Part shown: positions 34,834 to 38,261 of the stretch, in pieces
How positions within the stretch are numbered: the first letter of the stretch is position 1
Layout of the letters: every line of letters begins with the position of its first letter
NCBI GenBank assembly: GCA_032718475.1
Contig: JAUCBJ010003185.1
Coordinates: 1-38,261, forward strand
DNA from: Nemertoderma westbladi
Lineage: Eukaryota; Animalia; Xenacoelomorpha
Length of the DNA: 38,261 nt
Direction of reading: 5' to 3'
Made by a program: the position numbers and the translations under genes
The notes under the pieces: model-generated
Told to the model about the DNA's origin: nothing
What the model saw: the letters and a program-made list of their open reading frames with translations, nothing else
Databases searched by the model: none

Positions 34834-36459
34834 CTAGAGAGCCAGCAAGCTGGCTGGAAGGAGCCCGGGGGGAAGAATCCTAGCCAATACTAAACTAAAC
34901 AATTGTCTAAATGGTGTGATGATACATAGCTGACTTTGTGGCTTGCCCCACATAATAAAAAATGAAACTTTGCTGCCACTAACAACCGAATATTTATAAG
35001 AAAATGCCCATGATTCACAACCAGATAAATAACAAGTTAGATTTACCAGTACAGGTACGGTTACCTTTCTTTTTGAAAACCATTAGATTTAACAATTAAT
35101 AGAAGTCTAGGTCGCGGCGAAAAATAATAACGCAAATTAAACAACCATACAATCGGCCTACACACTTTTTTATTATTCGAAATAAATTCGCTAACAGAAA
35201 ATATCTAAACTAATTTATTTATTTACTAATTAATCTAAACGAGAAGGTGAACAATTGTTTCTACACAATTAATTATGACGACTTTTATGGGATATGTAAT
35301 ATTTACTGTTCAATAATAATTTACAATCTCCCATTCCAACACATTCCCAGAGAGTAATAATATCATCAATATAACAAACTAAGTGGATTATAATTCGATT
35401 TCTTCAGCCAAGTCCGATAGCTATTTTTCTGAAATTTATATTGCTAATTTAATTATTTGGCATATTCTGTTTGTGGCGCAGACTATAATAATAATAACAT
35501 TGTTGACATACAGTCTTTGAACCTTTCAGTCTTTCTCAGCAGTACTTTGTGGCTCGTCCCACATAATAAAAACTGAAACTTTGCTATGACAACACACCCG
35601 GTTCTTTTAAATTTGCGTGATTTGATTTATGCTCGCACCACTATTTGTAAGAAATATTAAAACTTATCTTACAGTATGCCAATGTAGTAATGGTATTAAA
35701 ATATAATTAAATTAATTTACACTATTAATGCTTCAGCTAAAAAATCGTTTCAGCTAAAAAATCGTATGTAATAAAAAAAATAAGAATATTTTTAATATGT
35801 GTATATGTAATATAGGTATTACTGCTAAGTTAGGCAGTAGGCCAGAGCGGGCTCCTTAAATACATGCAACTACTGTATTATAGTGTAGGTCAACTATAAA
35901 ACATTTTGCAATCCACAGTGAGTATCGACTGCAATAGGACACAACACACTGCTTTGTGTAACTAAAATTCATTCTCCTGATCCACCCCCTAACATAGCAG
36001 AGTGAGTAACCTTATTGTAGATATACCCTTAGGAAGCACTGGGAGAGCAATCAGCTTATGGGGTAATACATTAGAAACCAACAGCTTATGTGTGAGTAAA
36101 CATTGACTTTCCTTATAGCCTACTAGTAAAACTTGGCAACCAATACGTTTTACTATGACTGTGTATAACATATTAAGCCATATTTCATCATGAACACCAG
36201 CTGTTATTTTACCATTGCTTTTAATTTCGCGACAAAACAATGTCAAAAAACTAAATATATCGAATACCACACATAGAATCGATCTGAAATTTTGTAACGC
36301 GATTATGAACCTCAAAAGCAATGTACTTGCAAAATTTCATCAAAATCGCCAGGCAGGAAGTGCCTTAACCTAGATAATTATCAGTCAGTCAGTGTCAGTC
36401 AATGTAATGTATCCTGAAGATTCTTACAGTAAGTATCCCGCTGTCAAGCGGGCTCCTAA
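34834..36459 (-). mobile_element. Non-autonomous Helentron-associated element, copy 2
   Basis: Offset 2367 bp from copy 1 with identical junctions; three substitutions noticed. Confidence 0.8.
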
Positions 36460-38261
36460 TAATGTAGTACAAATAATGTAGTATAAATAAAGTAGTATAA
36501 ATAATGTAGTATAAATATGTAGTATAAATAATGTAGTATAAATAATGTAGTATAAATAATGTAGTATAAATATGTAGTATAAATAATGTAGTATAAATAA
36601 TGTAGTGTAAATAATGTACTATAAATAATGTAGTACAAATAATGTAGTACAAATAATGTAGTATAAATAAAGTAGTATAAATAATGTAGTATAAATATGT
36701 AGTATAAATAATGTAGTATAAATAATGTAGTATAAATAATGTAGTATAAATAATGTAGTATAAATATGTAGTATAAATAATGTAGTATAAATAATGTAGT
36801 GTAGTATAAATAATGTAGTGTAAATAATGTAGTATAAATATGTAGTATAAATAATGTAGTATAAATATGTAGTATAAATAATGTAGTGTAAATAATGTAG
36901 TATAAATAATGTAGTGTAAATAATGTAGTATAAATAATGTAGTGTAAATAATGTAGTATAAATAATGTAGTGTAAATAATGTAGTATAAATAATGTAGTA
37001 TAAATAATGTAGTATAAATATGTAGTATAAATAATGTAGTATAAATAATGTAGTATAAATATTTAGTATAAATAATGTAGTGTAAATAATGTAGTATAAA
37101 TAATGTAGTGTAAATAATGTAGTATAAATAATGTAGTGTAAATAATGTAGTATAAATATGTAGTATAAATAATGTAGTATAAATATGTAGTATAAATAAT
37201 GTAGTGTAAATAATGTAGTATAAATAATGTAGTATAAATATGTAGTATAAATAATGTAGTATAAATATGTAGTATAAATAATGTAGTATAAATAATGTAG
37301 TATAAATAATGTAGTGTAAATAATGTAGTGTAGTATAAATAATTTAGTGTAAATAATGTAGTATAAATATATAGTATAAATAATGTAGTATAAATATGTA
37401 GTATAAATAATGTAGTGAAAATAATGTAGTATAAATAATGTAGTGTAAATAATGTAGTATAAATAATGTAGTGTAAATAATGTAGTATAAATATGTAGTA
37501 TAAATATGTAGTATAAATAATGTAGTATAAATAATGTAGTGTAAATAATAATGCAGTATAAATAATGTAGTATAAATAAAGTAGTATAAATAATTTAGTA
37601 TAAATATGTAGTATAAATAATGTAGTGTAAATAATGTAGTATAAATAAAGTAGTATAAAAATGTAGTATAAATAATGTAGTATAAATATGTAGTATAAAT
37701 AATGTAGTGTAAATAATGTAGTATAAATAATGTAGTGTAGTATAAATAATGTAGTGTAAGTAATGTAGTATAAATATGTAGTATAAATAATGTAGTATAA
37801 ATATGTAGTATAAATAATGTATAAATAATGTAGTATAAATATGTAGTATAAATAATGTATAAATAATGTAGTGTAAATAATAATGCAGTATAAATAATGT
37901 AGTATAAATAAAGTAGTATAAATAATGTAGTATAAATATGTAGTATAAATAATGTAGTATAAATAATGTAGTATAAATAATGTAGTATAAATAATGTAGT
38001 ATAAATATGTAGTATAAATAATGTAGTATAAATAATGTAGTGTAAATAATGTACTATAAATAATGTAGTACAAATAATGTAGTATAAATAAAGTAGTATA
38101 AATAATGTAGTATAAATATGTAGTATAAATAATGTAGTATAAATAATGTAGTATAAATAATGTAGTATAAATATGTAGTATAAATAATGTAGTATAAATA
38201 ATGTAGTGTAAATAATGTACTATAAATAATGTAGTACAAATAATGTAGTACAAATAATGTA

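Larger units (their letters stand above)
23900..38261. repeat. Satellite of 14-bp (TAGTATAAATAATG) and 13-bp (TAGTATAAATATG) monomers with about 1.2-1.3 kb higher-order repeats; runs off the window end
   Basis: Direct inspection. The rare variant TCTAGTG recurs at about 25161, 26486, 27675, 29004 and 31144. Confidence 0.98.

Noticed and set aside
23809-38253. Many long minus-strand ORFs (up to 886 aa) rich in Y/I/L/T/H/F
   Set aside because: The satellite minus strand lacks stop codons by composition. The ORFs overlap in all frames and are translations of 13/14-bp monomers.

Overview
Animal (probably invertebrate) nuclear DNA, AT-rich and repeat-rich. Two coding exons of an ether-a-go-go (EAG/KCNH) potassium channel lie on the minus strand (22561-22813 and 11305-11501) and splice in frame. 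The ~11 kb intron between them contains a complete, intronless MSH2 gene on the opposite strand (18588-21254), RTE-like LINE remnants, DNA-transposon relics and an array of seven CTCF-like sites, several with the upstream motif at canonical spacing. The last 14.4 kb is a 13/14-bp satellite with higher-order structure. It holds a local inversion and two near-identical Helentron-type (DINE-1/HINE-like) insertions duplicated with a 2367-bp period. Non-coding DNA is saturated with TACAGTA/TACTGTA, TAGGCCTA and TACCGGTA. Filled-versus-empty comparisons within the window show TACWGTA to be a 5-bp addition at TA, matching Tc1/mariner excision footprints. The long Y/I/L/T/H/F ORFs are satellite artefacts. 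I see no clear new protein-coding system; the novelty candidates are structural or regulatory. All counts and coordinates were made by eye.
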